DNA from: Candidatus Woesearchaeota archaeon
Lineage (GTDB): Archaea; Nanobdellota; Nanobdellia; Pacearchaeales; GW2011-AR1
Direction: 5' to 3'
Assembly (NCBI GenBank): GCA_964493885.1
Contig: CAZBPV010000003.1
Span: forward strand, 7,831-71,830
Length of the DNA stretch: 64,000 bases
Shown: in pieces, positions 36,287 to 45,260 of the stretch
Layout of the letters: every line of letters starts with the position of its first letter
Position numbering within the stretch: the stretch's first letter is position 1
The notes under the pieces: model-generated
What the model was told of the DNA's origin: nothing
The model's input: the letters and a program-made list of their open reading frames with translations, nothing else
Database searches by the model: none
Program-made: the position numbers and the translations under genes

Positions 36287-36667
36287 ATGTCACAAGATAT
36301 TGTATCAGATGCATTGAATGTAATGTATAATGCTAAAAGAGCTAGAAAGGAATCTGTTTATATAAAAAGGATTTCTAATTTGTTAGTTGAGATTCTAAAG
36401 ATAATGAAACAAGAAGGGGCAGTAAAGAAGTACAAAATTAACAGCAAAGAAAAAAGCATTGAAATTACACTTGGGGAATTTTCTAAATGCAGGGCTGTGA
36501 AACCAAGATTTACAGTTGATGCAACTCAAATTGAAAAATACAGAAGGAGATATCTGCCTGCAAGAGACATAGGGATAATTATTATTTCTACAAATAAAGG
36601 ACTTATGACTCATATTGAAGCAAAAGAAGAGAATACAGGAGGATGCTTAATAGCATATTTTTACTAA
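36287..36667 (+). CDS. rps8: 30S ribosomal protein S8
   Basis: DIVSDALN, YLPARDIG, STNKGLMTH, GGCLIAY; ATG at 36287. Confidence 0.96.
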   Translation: MSQDIVSDALNVMYNAKRARKESVYIKRISNLLVEILKIMKQEGAVKKYKINSKEKSIEITLGEFSKCRAVKPRFTVDATQIEKYRRRYLPARDIGIIIISTNKGLMTHIEAKEENTGGCLIAYFY

Positions 36668-36668
36668 A

Positions 36669-37214
36669 ATGAGAAAAGAAATTATAAGAGAGATAAAAAT
36701 ACCTGAAGGAGTTGAAGCTACTTTAAAAGGGAGTAGCTTGACTGTTAAGGGCCCTGAAGGAGAAAACAAAAGGACTTTTGATACGAGAAAATTAATTTTT
36801 GAATTAAAAGACAAAAAAATAGTGATTGGGGATAAAAAAGCAACTAAAAAAGAGAAAAAGAGAATAAACACAATTGCCTCGCATATTGAAAATATGCTTG
36901 TTGGGGTTCAAGAAAAGTTTGAATATATTCTAAAAGTAGTATATAGTCATTTTCCAATTACTGTTGAAATAAAAGGCAATGAAGCCATAATAAAAAATTT
37001 TCTTGGAGAAAAGATAGCAAGGAAAGCTAAAATTCCAGAAGGGGCAGAAGTTAAAGTGAATAAGGAAATTATTAATATTAAATCTGTAAATAAGGAAATT
37101 GCTGGACAGGCTGCTGCTAATCTTGAAAGAGCCACAATAATAAGAAAAAGGGATAGAAGAATCTTCCAAGATGGAATCTATTTAATAACTAAAACTTGGA
37201 GAAAAGCAGAATGA
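36669..37214 (+). CDS. rpl6: 50S ribosomal protein L6
   Basis: YSHFPI, NFLGEK, DRRIFQDGIY. Confidence 0.97.
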   Translation: MRKEIIREIKIPEGVEATLKGSSLTVKGPEGENKRTFDTRKLIFELKDKKIVIGDKKATKKEKKRINTIASHIENMLVGVQEKFEYILKVVYSHFPITVEIKGNEAIIKNFLGEKIARKAKIPEGAEVKVNKEIINIKSVNKEIAGQAAANLERATIIRKRDRRIFQDGIYLITKTWRKAE

Positions 37215-37579
37215 CATTTTTAAGAAGAATCTGGTACAAATACTCAAAACTAGGAAAGAGAAACAAAAAGAAGAGAGTATGGAGATACCCTGGAGGAAGG
37301 GATAATCCTATGAGAGAAAAGAGAAGAGGATACCCTGTAATTGTGAGCAGAGGGTATATGACAAATAAGGAGACAAAAGGAAAAATAAATGGGAAAAATC
37401 CTGTCACAGTGAGAAATTTAAAAGATTTGGAAAAAGTAAAAAAGAACGAAATAATAATCCTGGCTAAAATTGGAATGAAAAATAAAATCCAAATTGTTAG
37501 TAAGGCAAAAGAAAAAGGATTAGAAATACAAAATCTAAATATAAAGAAATTTCTTAAAAAGATAAAGGAGAAAAAATGA
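37211..37579 (+). CDS. rpl32e: 50S ribosomal protein L32e
   Basis: FLRR...WRYPGGRDNPMR; operon position. Confidence 0.93.
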   Translation: MTFLRRIWYKYSKLGKRNKKKRVWRYPGGRDNPMREKRRGYPVIVSRGYMTNKETKGKINGKNPVTVRNLKDLEKVKKNEIIILAKIGMKNKIQIVSKAKEKGLEIQNLNIKKFLKKIKEKK

Positions 37580-37980
37580 ACTTAAGAAAAAAGAAAGAAC
37601 TTACATCAAGAATGACTGGAGTTGGAAAAGGAAGAATAGTTTTTGTAACCAGCAGACTAGAAGAAATTAAAGAAGCTATAACCAAACAAGATATCAGGGA
37701 TTTAATAAAAGAAAAAGCAATAATTATTAAAAATATAAAAGGAAGAAGGAGCTCGAAGAAAAAGATACATCGTTCAACAGGGAATATAAGAAAAAAAGTT
37801 AAAAACAGAAAAAGGAATTATGTTTTACTTACAAGAAAATTAAGGGGAATAATTACAGAATTAAAAAAGCAAGGGAAAATAAGCAAAGAAGAGGTAGAAG
37901 AAATTAGAAAAAAGATAAGAAATAAATTATTTAAGAGTAAAGCTCATTTAAAAGAATATCTTAAGGAGATAGAAAAATGA
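37576..37980 (+). CDS. rpl19e: 50S ribosomal protein L19e
   Basis: GVGKGRI, AITKQDIRDLI, FKSKAHL. Confidence 0.93.
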   Translation: MNLRKKKELTSRMTGVGKGRIVFVTSRLEEIKEAITKQDIRDLIKEKAIIIKNIKGRRSSKKKIHRSTGNIRKKVKNRKRNYVLLTRKLRGIITELKKQGKISKEEVEEIRKKIRNKLFKSKAHLKEYLKEIEK

Positions 37981-38465
37981 AAGTTTCAAAAAGAAGAAGA
38001 AGAGAAGGAAAAACAGATTATTTAGTTAGAAAAAATATTTTAAAAAGTCAGAGACCAAGAATAGTGTTTAGAAAGACAAATAGATATGTTACTGCACAAT
38101 ATGTGGAGAGTATTGCAGCCCAAGATAAAATAATTATTGGAATAAATTCAAAAATCCTTTTAGGATATGGGTGGCCTAAGGAAAATCAAGGAAGTTTGAA
38201 GACCATTCCTGCATCATATCTTATGGGATTATTAATGGGGAAAAAGATTATAGAAAAAAAATTAGATTTGCCTGTAGTAGATTTTGGGATGTTAAAAACA
38301 ATTCATAAAAACAAATTATTTGCATTCCTTAAGGGCTTAGGAGATTCTGGATTAAAAATAAAAGTTGATAAAAAAACCCTGCCCTCTGAAGATAGGATTA
38401 TGGGTGAGCATTTAACAAAGAAAATTAATTTCAATGAAATTAAATCAAAGATAGAAAAATCATAA
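37977..38465 (+). CDS. rpl18: 50S ribosomal protein L18
   Basis: RRRREGKTDY, RIVFRKTN, RIMGEH. Confidence 0.96.
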   Translation: MKVSKRRRREGKTDYLVRKNILKSQRPRIVFRKTNRYVTAQYVESIAAQDKIIIGINSKILLGYGWPKENQGSLKTIPASYLMGLLMGKKIIEKKLDLPVVDFGMLKTIHKNKLFAFLKGLGDSGLKIKVDKKTLPSEDRIMGEHLTKKINFNEIKSKIEKS

Positions 38466-39283
38466 TGGAAGAAAACGAAATAACTGAAAAATTAGAAGAA
38501 AATATAGAAGATTTATCTGAAAAGCCAATAGAAGCTGATAAACTAGATGAAGAAGTAGCAATAGCAGAGCAAATGATTGAAAAAGAAGTAAAAAAAGAAT
38601 TTTTAAACAGAAGAAAAACAGAAGAAGAGAAAACAGAAGAAAAATTAAAAGCATGGGTTCCTAAAACTCAGCTTGGAAAAGAAGTAAAATCAGGGAAGAT
38701 AAAAAATATTGATGAAATCCTCAAGCAAGGAAGAAAAATCCTAGAGTCAGAGATAGTTGATTCATTGCTAAATGTTAAAACAGATTTGATATTAATTGGG
38801 CAATCAAAAGGTAAATTTGGAGGAGGAAAAAGAAGGGCTTGGAGACAGACTCAAAGGAAGAAAAAAGAAGGAAATGTTCCAACTTTCTCTGCAATGGCAG
38901 TAGTAGGGGATGAAAAAGGGCATGTTGGTATTGGAATTGGAAAATCAAAGGAGACTCTCCCTGCAAGAGACAAGGCTATTAGAAAAGCAAAATTAAATAT
39001 AAGTAAAGTAATCACAGGGGATGGAAGTTTTGATAGTGTTGGTGGAGGAGATACAAGTATTCCATTTAAGATAGAAGGAAAATCTGGAAGTGTGAAAGTG
39101 ATTCTTATACCTGCAGCTCCAGGTACTGGATTAGTAGCAGGAGACCAATTAAAAAAAGTTTTGAAATTAGCTGGAATTAAGGATGTTTATAGCAAAACTT
39201 TTGGAAGTGTTAGAACTACATTTAACTTAGTTAAAGCTTGCATAAATGCTCTAAATAAAACAAATAAAGGAGAGCAAAAATGA
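38465..39283 (+). CDS. rps5: 30S ribosomal protein S5 with acidic N-terminal extension
   Basis: WVPKTQLGK, AVVGDEKGHVGIG, PAAPGTGLVA. Confidence 0.96.
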   Translation: MEENEITEKLEENIEDLSEKPIEADKLDEEVAIAEQMIEKEVKKEFLNRRKTEEEKTEEKLKAWVPKTQLGKEVKSGKIKNIDEILKQGRKILESEIVDSLLNVKTDLILIGQSKGKFGGGKRRAWRQTQRKKKEGNVPTFSAMAVVGDEKGHVGIGIGKSKETLPARDKAIRKAKLNISKVITGDGSFDSVGGGDTSIPFKIEGKSGSVKVILIPAAPGTGLVAGDQLKKVLKLAGIKDVYSKTFGSVRTTFNLVKACINALNKTNKGEQK

Positions 39284-39696
39284 TTTGCATTATAAGAATT
39301 AGCGGACAAGTTGGAATGAATCACAAAGTAAAAGAGACTTTTAAGAGAATGGGTCTTTGGAGAAAATATACTTGCACAGTTATAAATCCTACAAAAGAAA
39401 AAATAGGGATGTTAAATAAAATAAGACATCATGTTGCATTTGGAGAGATAAATAATCAAACCTTTGAAGAAATTATTACTAATAGAGGGAAAGCAATAGA
39501 TAAAAAAAAGAAAATAGATGTAAAAAAAGCTGCAGAAGGAATAGCTAAAGGTTCAAAATATGAAGAATTTAATTTAAAGCCTTTTTTTAGGTTACATTCT
39601 CCTAGAAAAGGAATAAAATCCAAGAAAAATTTCCCAAAAGGAGTTTTAGGGAACCATAAAGATAAAATAAATGAGCTTGTAATGAGGATGCTATGA
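39280..39696 (+). CDS. rpl30: 50S ribosomal protein L30
   Basis: IIRISG, KPFFRLHSPRKG. Confidence 0.95.
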   Translation: MICIIRISGQVGMNHKVKETFKRMGLWRKYTCTVINPTKEKIGMLNKIRHHVAFGEINNQTFEEIITNRGKAIDKKKKIDVKKAAEGIAKGSKYEEFNLKPFFRLHSPRKGIKSKKNFPKGVLGNHKDKINELVMRML

Positions 39697-40169
39697 AAAC
39701 ACACAAAAGACAAAAGAAAACAAGGTATAGAGGAAGAGGAATGGGCACTCACGGAACTGGCTCCAGAAAAAAGAAAAAGGGCTCTGGACATAGAGGTGGA
39801 AAGGGAATGGCTGGGACAGGGAAGAGAGCAGACCAAAAAAAGAATCTTATCTTAAAATTATACGGGCATGGATATTTTGGAAAACAAGGAATAACAAGCA
39901 AGAAAACTGAAAGGGATAAAAGACTAAGAATTAACCTTAAACAAATAGAACTCTACTTAGATAAATACGGAAAGAAAAAGGGAGATTCTTTTGAAATTGA
40001 TTTAAGTAATTATAAAATACTTGGAGATGGGGAAGTAAAAGATAAGTTAATTATAAAAGCTAAAGAAGCTTCTGAATCAGCAATAAAAAAAGTTGAAAAA
40101 GTTGGTGGAAAGATACAGCTTCCAGTTAAAAAAATAAAAGGAGAAGTTGTTGAGGAATCTGCTGAATAA
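39693..40169 (+). CDS. rpl15: 50S ribosomal protein L15
   Basis: GHRGGKGMAG, YFGKQG, KILGDG. Confidence 0.96.
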   Translation: MKTHKRQKKTRYRGRGMGTHGTGSRKKKKGSGHRGGKGMAGTGKRADQKKNLILKLYGHGYFGKQGITSKKTERDKRLRINLKQIELYLDKYGKKKGDSFEIDLSNYKILGDGEVKDKLIIKAKEASESAIKKVEKVGGKIQLPVKKIKGEVVEESAE

Positions 40170-40177
40170 GAAGTAAA

Positions 40178-41626
40178 ATGGACTTACGAAAAATATTCTT
40201 TTTAATTCCTGAAGTTAGAAAGCCTGAAGAAAAAAAAGTAGATTTTAAGACTAAGGCAAAGTGGACAATAATAATCCTTTCATTATTTTTTATTCTTGCA
40301 AATATTCCTTTATTTGGGCTTTCAGAAAATGCATTGTCGAGATTTGAGTATCTTGCAATAATCCTAGGTACAGATTTTGGAAGTATAATCAGCTTGGGTA
40401 TTGGACCTATAGTAATGGCTTCTATTATTCTTCAACTTTTAACAGGTTCAGGAATAATTAACATTGATACAAAGACTGAAGAAGGGAAAAAATTCTTTCA
40501 AGGAGTTCAAAAGATTTTAGTAATGTTTTTCATAGTTTTTGAAGCATTTATTTATGTATATATGCAAGGACTTCAAGCAGTTCCTGGTTTTGCTTGGATG
40601 GTGATATTGCAGTTGATATTAGGAGGACTGGCAATATTTTATATGGATGAAGTAACCTCTAAATGGGGATTTGGAAGCGGAGTAAGTTTATTTATTGCTG
40701 CAGGAGTATCTTGGAGACTAATAACAGGAGCATTTCAATTTATTGATACTCAAGGAAGAAATTGTCTTTTGAACTTTTCAAGTGAATCTGGTGCAGCTTG
40801 TTCTGGGAAAGTATTAATTTTAATACAATCACTTGTTTTAGCAAATAGCACAGCATTTTTATCTGCTGCTGCAGCTATAACAACCACAATACTAATTTTC
40901 TTACTTGTTGTCTGGGCTCAATCACTTAAAGTAGAAATCCCTCTTTCATTTGGAAGAATTAGAGGATATAGTGTTAAATGGCCTCTTGCATTTTTTTATG
41001 CTTCAGTTATTCCAGTAATTTTAACTGCTGCATTGGTGGCAAATATTCAATTATTTGGAAGTTTAGTTGAGAATGCTGCTGCTCCGTGCTTAATAGAGGG
41101 AGGAGTTTGTACTGGATTTGCTAAAGTGGTTTCATACTTTAATTTCCTAGGGCATTTTGTTAATGGACAGGCAGTTTCAGGTTTTGCTTTTTGGATTGGT
41201 TCAACAAATTTGCTGGAATTAACAATTAGAGGAGGATTTAGCTGGATTCTTTTATTACAAGGAGTAACTCATACGCTTTTCTTTATGCTTTTCTCTACAA
41301 TATTTGCTGTTTTCTGGGTTAAAACTTCTGGAATGGATTCTAAAACACAAGCACAAAATATTGCTTCATCAGGTTTACAAGTTGCAGGATTTAGGCAGGA
41401 TATAAGGATTTTGGAAAGTATCCTTGAAAGATATATTCTTCCATTAACAATAATGGGTGGATTAGCAATAGGATTCCTAGCATCAATTACAAATCTTCTT
41501 GGAGCACTAGTTTCTGGTACAGCAATTCTTTTAGTGATAATGATAATGTTCCAGATGTATCAGAACATTGCACAGCAACATGAAGCAGATATGAATCCTG
41601 CACTAAGAAAATTCATGGGTGGTTAA
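40178..41626 (+). CDS. secY: Preprotein translocase SecY
   Basis: LGIGPIVMASIILQLL, GFGSGVSLFIAAG, YASVIPVIL, SGTAILL. Confidence 0.97.
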   Translation: MDLRKIFFLIPEVRKPEEKKVDFKTKAKWTIIILSLFFILANIPLFGLSENALSRFEYLAIILGTDFGSIISLGIGPIVMASIILQLLTGSGIINIDTKTEEGKKFFQGVQKILVMFFIVFEAFIYVYMQGLQAVPGFAWMVILQLILGGLAIFYMDEVTSKWGFGSGVSLFIAAGVSWRLITGAFQFIDTQGRNCLLNFSSESGAACSGKVLILIQSLVLANSTAFLSAAAAITTTILIFLLVVWAQSLKVEIPLSFGRIRGYSVKWPLAFFYASVIPVILTAALVANIQLFGSLVENAAAPCLIEGGVCTGFAKVVSYFNFLGHFVNGQAVSGFAFWIGSTNLLELTIRGGFSWILLLQGVTHTLFFMLFSTIFAVFWVKTSGMDSKTQAQNIASSGLQVAGFRQDIRILESILERYILPLTIMGGLAIGFLASITNLLGALVSGTAILLVIMIMFQMYQNIAQQHEADMNPALRKFMGG

Positions 41627-41657
41627 GGTTTAAAAAAGATGTTTTCTTTTGTCAAGT

Positions 41658-42056
41658 ATGGTTATTAAAGAATGGATGGTTGCTAATCCTAAATTAAGTG
41701 TGATTGTTTTAGCATTTTTAGTTACCTTAGTTATGACTCTAGTAACTAAGTTCCTTACAAATCAGCCAAAGATGAGGGAGCTTAAAGACAAGCAAAAACA
41801 ATGCCAAATTAATCTAAAAAGTTTTCCTCTTGGTTCTGAAGATGCATTAAAAGTTCAGAAAGAAATGATGGCATGCACAATGGAACTTATGAAACACTCT
41901 TTTAAACCAATACTAATATCTTTTATTCCTTTGATTCTATTCTTCTGGTGGATTAGAGGAGTCTATTCTACTGTACTCTCGGGCTGGATATGGTGGTATA
42001 TCCCTGCAGGAATTATCTCTAGTATAATTCTTAGAAAGATTTTAAAAGTAGTTTAA
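41658..42056 (+). CDS. DUF106/EMC3-TMCO1 family membrane insertase
   Basis: TM, coiled coil, FKP...WWY pattern; follows secY. Confidence 0.85.
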   Translation: MVIKEWMVANPKLSVIVLAFLVTLVMTLVTKFLTNQPKMRELKDKQKQCQINLKSFPLGSEDALKVQKEMMACTMELMKHSFKPILISFIPLILFFWWIRGVYSTVLSGWIWWYIPAGIISSIILRKILKVV

Positions 42057-42068
42057 GGAAGGATAATT

Positions 42069-42470
42069 ATGGAAGATAAAGCACAACAAGAAATTTTATT
42101 TAAATTAAGCATGTATGAACAGCAAATGAATAATATTGGACAGCAATTGCAAGCAATTGAAAAAGCAATAGTTGATGTAAGCTCTATTAATTTTGGATTG
42201 GATGAATTAAAAGGAAAAACAGGAGAAGAAATTCTAGCTTCTATTGGAAAAGGCATTTTTATTAAAGCAAAACTTGTTTCAGAGGAACTTATAGTAGATA
42301 TTGGGGGGAAGAATTTAGTTGAAAAAAGCATACCCGAGACACAAAAGATAATAAAAGAACAATTAAAAAAACTTGAAGAAATTAAAAGAGAATTAGAAGG
42401 TAACCTTGAAGAGATGAATAATCAAATACAAAATATAATATTAGAGCATCAGAAAAAACAGGGAAAGTGA
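42069..42470 (+). CDS. pfdA: Prefoldin alpha subunit
   Basis: EILASIGKGIFIKA, IVDIGG. Confidence 0.93.
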   Translation: MEDKAQQEILFKLSMYEQQMNNIGQQLQAIEKAIVDVSSINFGLDELKGKTGEEILASIGKGIFIKAKLVSEELIVDIGGKNLVEKSIPETQKIIKEQLKKLEEIKRELEGNLEEMNNQIQNIILEHQKKQGK

Positions 42471-43274
42471 TTAAAACTTTTTCAAAAAATTATTATAACT
42501 TAAAACTCCTAGTTCAGAAACAATTGCATGAATATAATTCTTAGGAACAAATTCAAAAGCTGGATTTTTTATCTTAATGTTTTTTGGAGCTTTGTCCCAG
42601 ACTTCATTTAATCCTCTTTGCTCAATAGGAACCTTGCTTTTTGTAAATTTCCAAGAGTCTGCAATTATATATACTGGAATTTTATTTATTTTAGATATCT
42701 GAGCAATTAATTTGCTTCCAACCTTATTTATAATTCCTTTTTTTGTTAAGGCATCTGCACCTAAAAAAACCTTATCAACTTTTTTTGTTCCTTGTTCTTT
42801 TCCTAGTGCAATTCCCAAGGCAGAATCAATAAACATTGTTACTTTTATCCCTGCTTTTCTTAGTTCTTTTGCAGTTTTTCTTCCTTGGTATAATGGACGA
42901 GTTTCTGTATTATAAACTTCAAATCTTTTTCCTTTTTTCTTTGAGTAAACAAGAGCATTGGAAACATTTGTGGAGTGGCAGTGAGTAAAGATTACATCAT
43001 TATTTTTTATTAATTTTAGGATATTTTTATTTATCTTATTTTGAGCATCATCAAAATGGTTTAGTATTTTTTTATAAGATTCTTTATCAGCCATTTCCAG
43101 TATATTTTTCATCATTGGTTCAGTTGGACGAGAAGAGAGAAGTCTTTGTTTTGATTTTTTAGTTGGAATTAAATGATATGCCTTTAAAGCATTTTTTGCA
43201 ATACTCCTTGCACCCTGGATTTTAATTCTCTTAATATCCTGAACTATGCTCTCAAACCTCTTTTGTTTGTTCAT
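42471..43274 (-). CDS. Ribose-1,5-bisphosphate isomerase / eIF-2B family protein
   Basis: IQGA, RPTEP, THCHS, ETRPLYQG, GADA, NKVGS, NPAFE; start placed at MNKQKR. Confidence 0.88.
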   Translation of the reverse strand: MNKQKRFESIVQDIKRIKIQGARSIAKNALKAYHLIPTKKSKQRLLSSRPTEPMMKNILEMADKESYKKILNHFDDAQNKINKNILKLIKNNDVIFTHCHSTNVSNALVYSKKKGKRFEVYNTETRPLYQGRKTAKELRKAGIKVTMFIDSALGIALGKEQGTKKVDKVFLGADALTKKGIINKVGSKLIAQISKINKIPVYIIADSWKFTKSKVPIEQRGLNEVWDKAPKNIKIKNPAFEFVPKNYIHAIVSELGVLSYNNFLKKF

Positions 43275-43325
43275 GTAAGGATAAATAACCCAAACTTTAA
43301 AAAACCTCTGAAACTTTAATAGCAA

Positions 43326-44186
43326 ATGCTAGAGATGTTAATTAATCCACGGGAAGGTGAAAAAGGGCCGTGGAAAATGTTTTTTGTGGGATTAGTTTAT
43401 GCAACACTTTCCTTGTTGCTAGTAAACTGGTTTTTTTCAGCAGATGCTGTACTTTCAAGATTCTCTGGGTTAATTGTTGTTACTTTTTGTGTTATGTTTT
43501 CACTACCATTTATGTATTTTATAATTAATATAGAAGAAAAAGAAGATGAGGAAGTTGAGGGATTTTGGGGAGTATGGAAGGCTCACAATGATGCTATGCT
43601 TGCATTTTTATGGCTTTTTCTTGGATTTATAGTTGCTTTTGCATTTTGGTATATGGTTTTGCAAAATTCAATGTTATTTAATGCTCAGATAGAGACTTAC
43701 TGTGTAATAAACAATCCAGGAGTAAATCTAGATGATTGTGTTGCTAAATACTCGTTTACCAAGCCATTTCAACCAACAGGTGCTGTAACAAAACAAATTA
43801 GATTTTTATCTATATTAGAAAATAATGTTTATGTAATGATATTTACACTTATGTTCTCTCTTATTTTTGGTGCAGGAGCTATATTTATTTTAGCATGGAA
43901 TGCTAGTGTAATTGCAGGAGCAATTGGTATTTTTACTCAGTATCAGATAAAAGAGATACCCCTTGGAATCTTGAGATATATGATTCATGGATTTCCTGAA
44001 ATTGCTGCGTATTTTATAACAGCTCTTGCTGGAGGAATTTTTGGAGTGGGAGCCATTAGACACGGGTTTAGAGATAAGAAATTTTTAAGAATTATAGAAA
44101 ATACAATAATTCTCCTTTTTATGGCCCTAATTATCTTATTTTTAGCAGCAATTGTTGAGGTATATATTACTCCTCTTTTGTTCTAA
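43326..44186 (+). CDS. SpoIIM/DUF95 family membrane protein
   Basis: ILENN, WNASVI, HGFPEIAAY, AAIVE. Confidence 0.88.
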   Translation: MLEMLINPREGEKGPWKMFFVGLVYATLSLLLVNWFFSADAVLSRFSGLIVVTFCVMFSLPFMYFIINIEEKEDEEVEGFWGVWKAHNDAMLAFLWLFLGFIVAFAFWYMVLQNSMLFNAQIETYCVINNPGVNLDDCVAKYSFTKPFQPTGAVTKQIRFLSILENNVYVMIFTLMFSLIFGAGAIFILAWNASVIAGAIGIFTQYQIKEIPLGILRYMIHGFPEIAAYFITALAGGIFGVGAIRHGFRDKKFLRIIENTIILLFMALIILFLAAIVEVYITPLLF

Positions 44187-44223
44187 TTGAAAAATTTAAA
44201 AATACAAGAAAACAAGAGAGTAT

Positions 44224-45222
44224 ATGGAACCTTTGATATTTTCTGTAATAATAATCAGTTTCTTTTGCACTCTAATAATACTTCCATTTTGGATAAAAAG
44301 AGCTCATGCTGAGAAAATGGTTGGGAGAGATATGCATAAATTAGATAAAAGAGAAGTTGCTGAGGGTGGTGGAATAAGTGTATTGCTTGGGGTTTCTATA
44401 GGGGTTTTATTATATATTGCATTAAAAACTTTTTATTTTGGAATTGGAACTGAAATGACTGAGATATTTGCATTATTATGTGTTATACTGATTGCATCTG
44501 TTGTAGGAATGATAGATGATTTACTGGGATGGAAAAAGGGATTGAGCAAAAAATTAAGAATGTTTATTATATTTTTCGCAGCCATACCTTTAATGGTAAT
44601 TAATGCTGGTAGCTCTACCATGAGTCTTCCATTTTTAGGGGCAATTAATTTTGGGATATTATATCCTTTATTAATAATTCCTATAGGAGTTTTGGGAGCA
44701 ACAACTACTTTTAATTTTCTTGCAGGATATAATGGATTGGAAGCAAGTCAAGGAATATTAATTCTTTCTGCACTTGCTTATGTAACTTATATTACTGGGA
44801 ATGCTTGGTTGAGTATAATTGCTCTTTGCATGGTAGCTTCATTAATAGCTTTTTATTTATTTAATAAATATCCTGCTAAAATCTTTCCTGGAGATATTTT
44901 AACTTACAGTACTGGGGCATTAATAGCTTCAATAGCAATACTGGGAAATATAGAAAAAATAGCTGTAATCTTTTTTATCCCGTATATTTTAGAGGTAATT
45001 TTAAAGGTTCGTGGAAGATTAAATAAAGAGAGTTTTGGGAAATTAAATCCAGATGGCAGTCTTGACATGCCTTATGATAAAATTTATGGATTAGAACATC
45101 TGGCAATATACTTGCTTAAGAAAATCAAGCCAAGTAAAAAAGCATATGAGGAAGAAGTTGTTTGTCTAATCAATTTATTCCAAATAGCCATAATAATCAT
45201 TGGCATTCTATACTTCTTATAA
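44224..45222 (+). CDS. aglH: UDP-GlcNAc:dolichyl-phosphate GlcNAc-1-phosphotransferase
   Basis: DMHK, EGGG, GMIDD, NFLAGYNGLE, PAKIFPGD; directly upstream of aglB. Confidence 0.88.
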   Translation: MEPLIFSVIIISFFCTLIILPFWIKRAHAEKMVGRDMHKLDKREVAEGGGISVLLGVSIGVLLYIALKTFYFGIGTEMTEIFALLCVILIASVVGMIDDLLGWKKGLSKKLRMFIIFFAAIPLMVINAGSSTMSLPFLGAINFGILYPLLIIPIGVLGATTTFNFLAGYNGLEASQGILILSALAYVTYITGNAWLSIIALCMVASLIAFYLFNKYPAKIFPGDILTYSTGALIASIAILGNIEKIAVIFFIPYILEVILKVRGRLNKESFGKLNPDGSLDMPYDKIYGLEHLAIYLLKKIKPSKKAYEEEVVCLINLFQIAIIIIGILYFL

Positions 45223-45260
45223 AAATAAAGCTTATAAATAGAAATTTGTTCTGATTTTAG

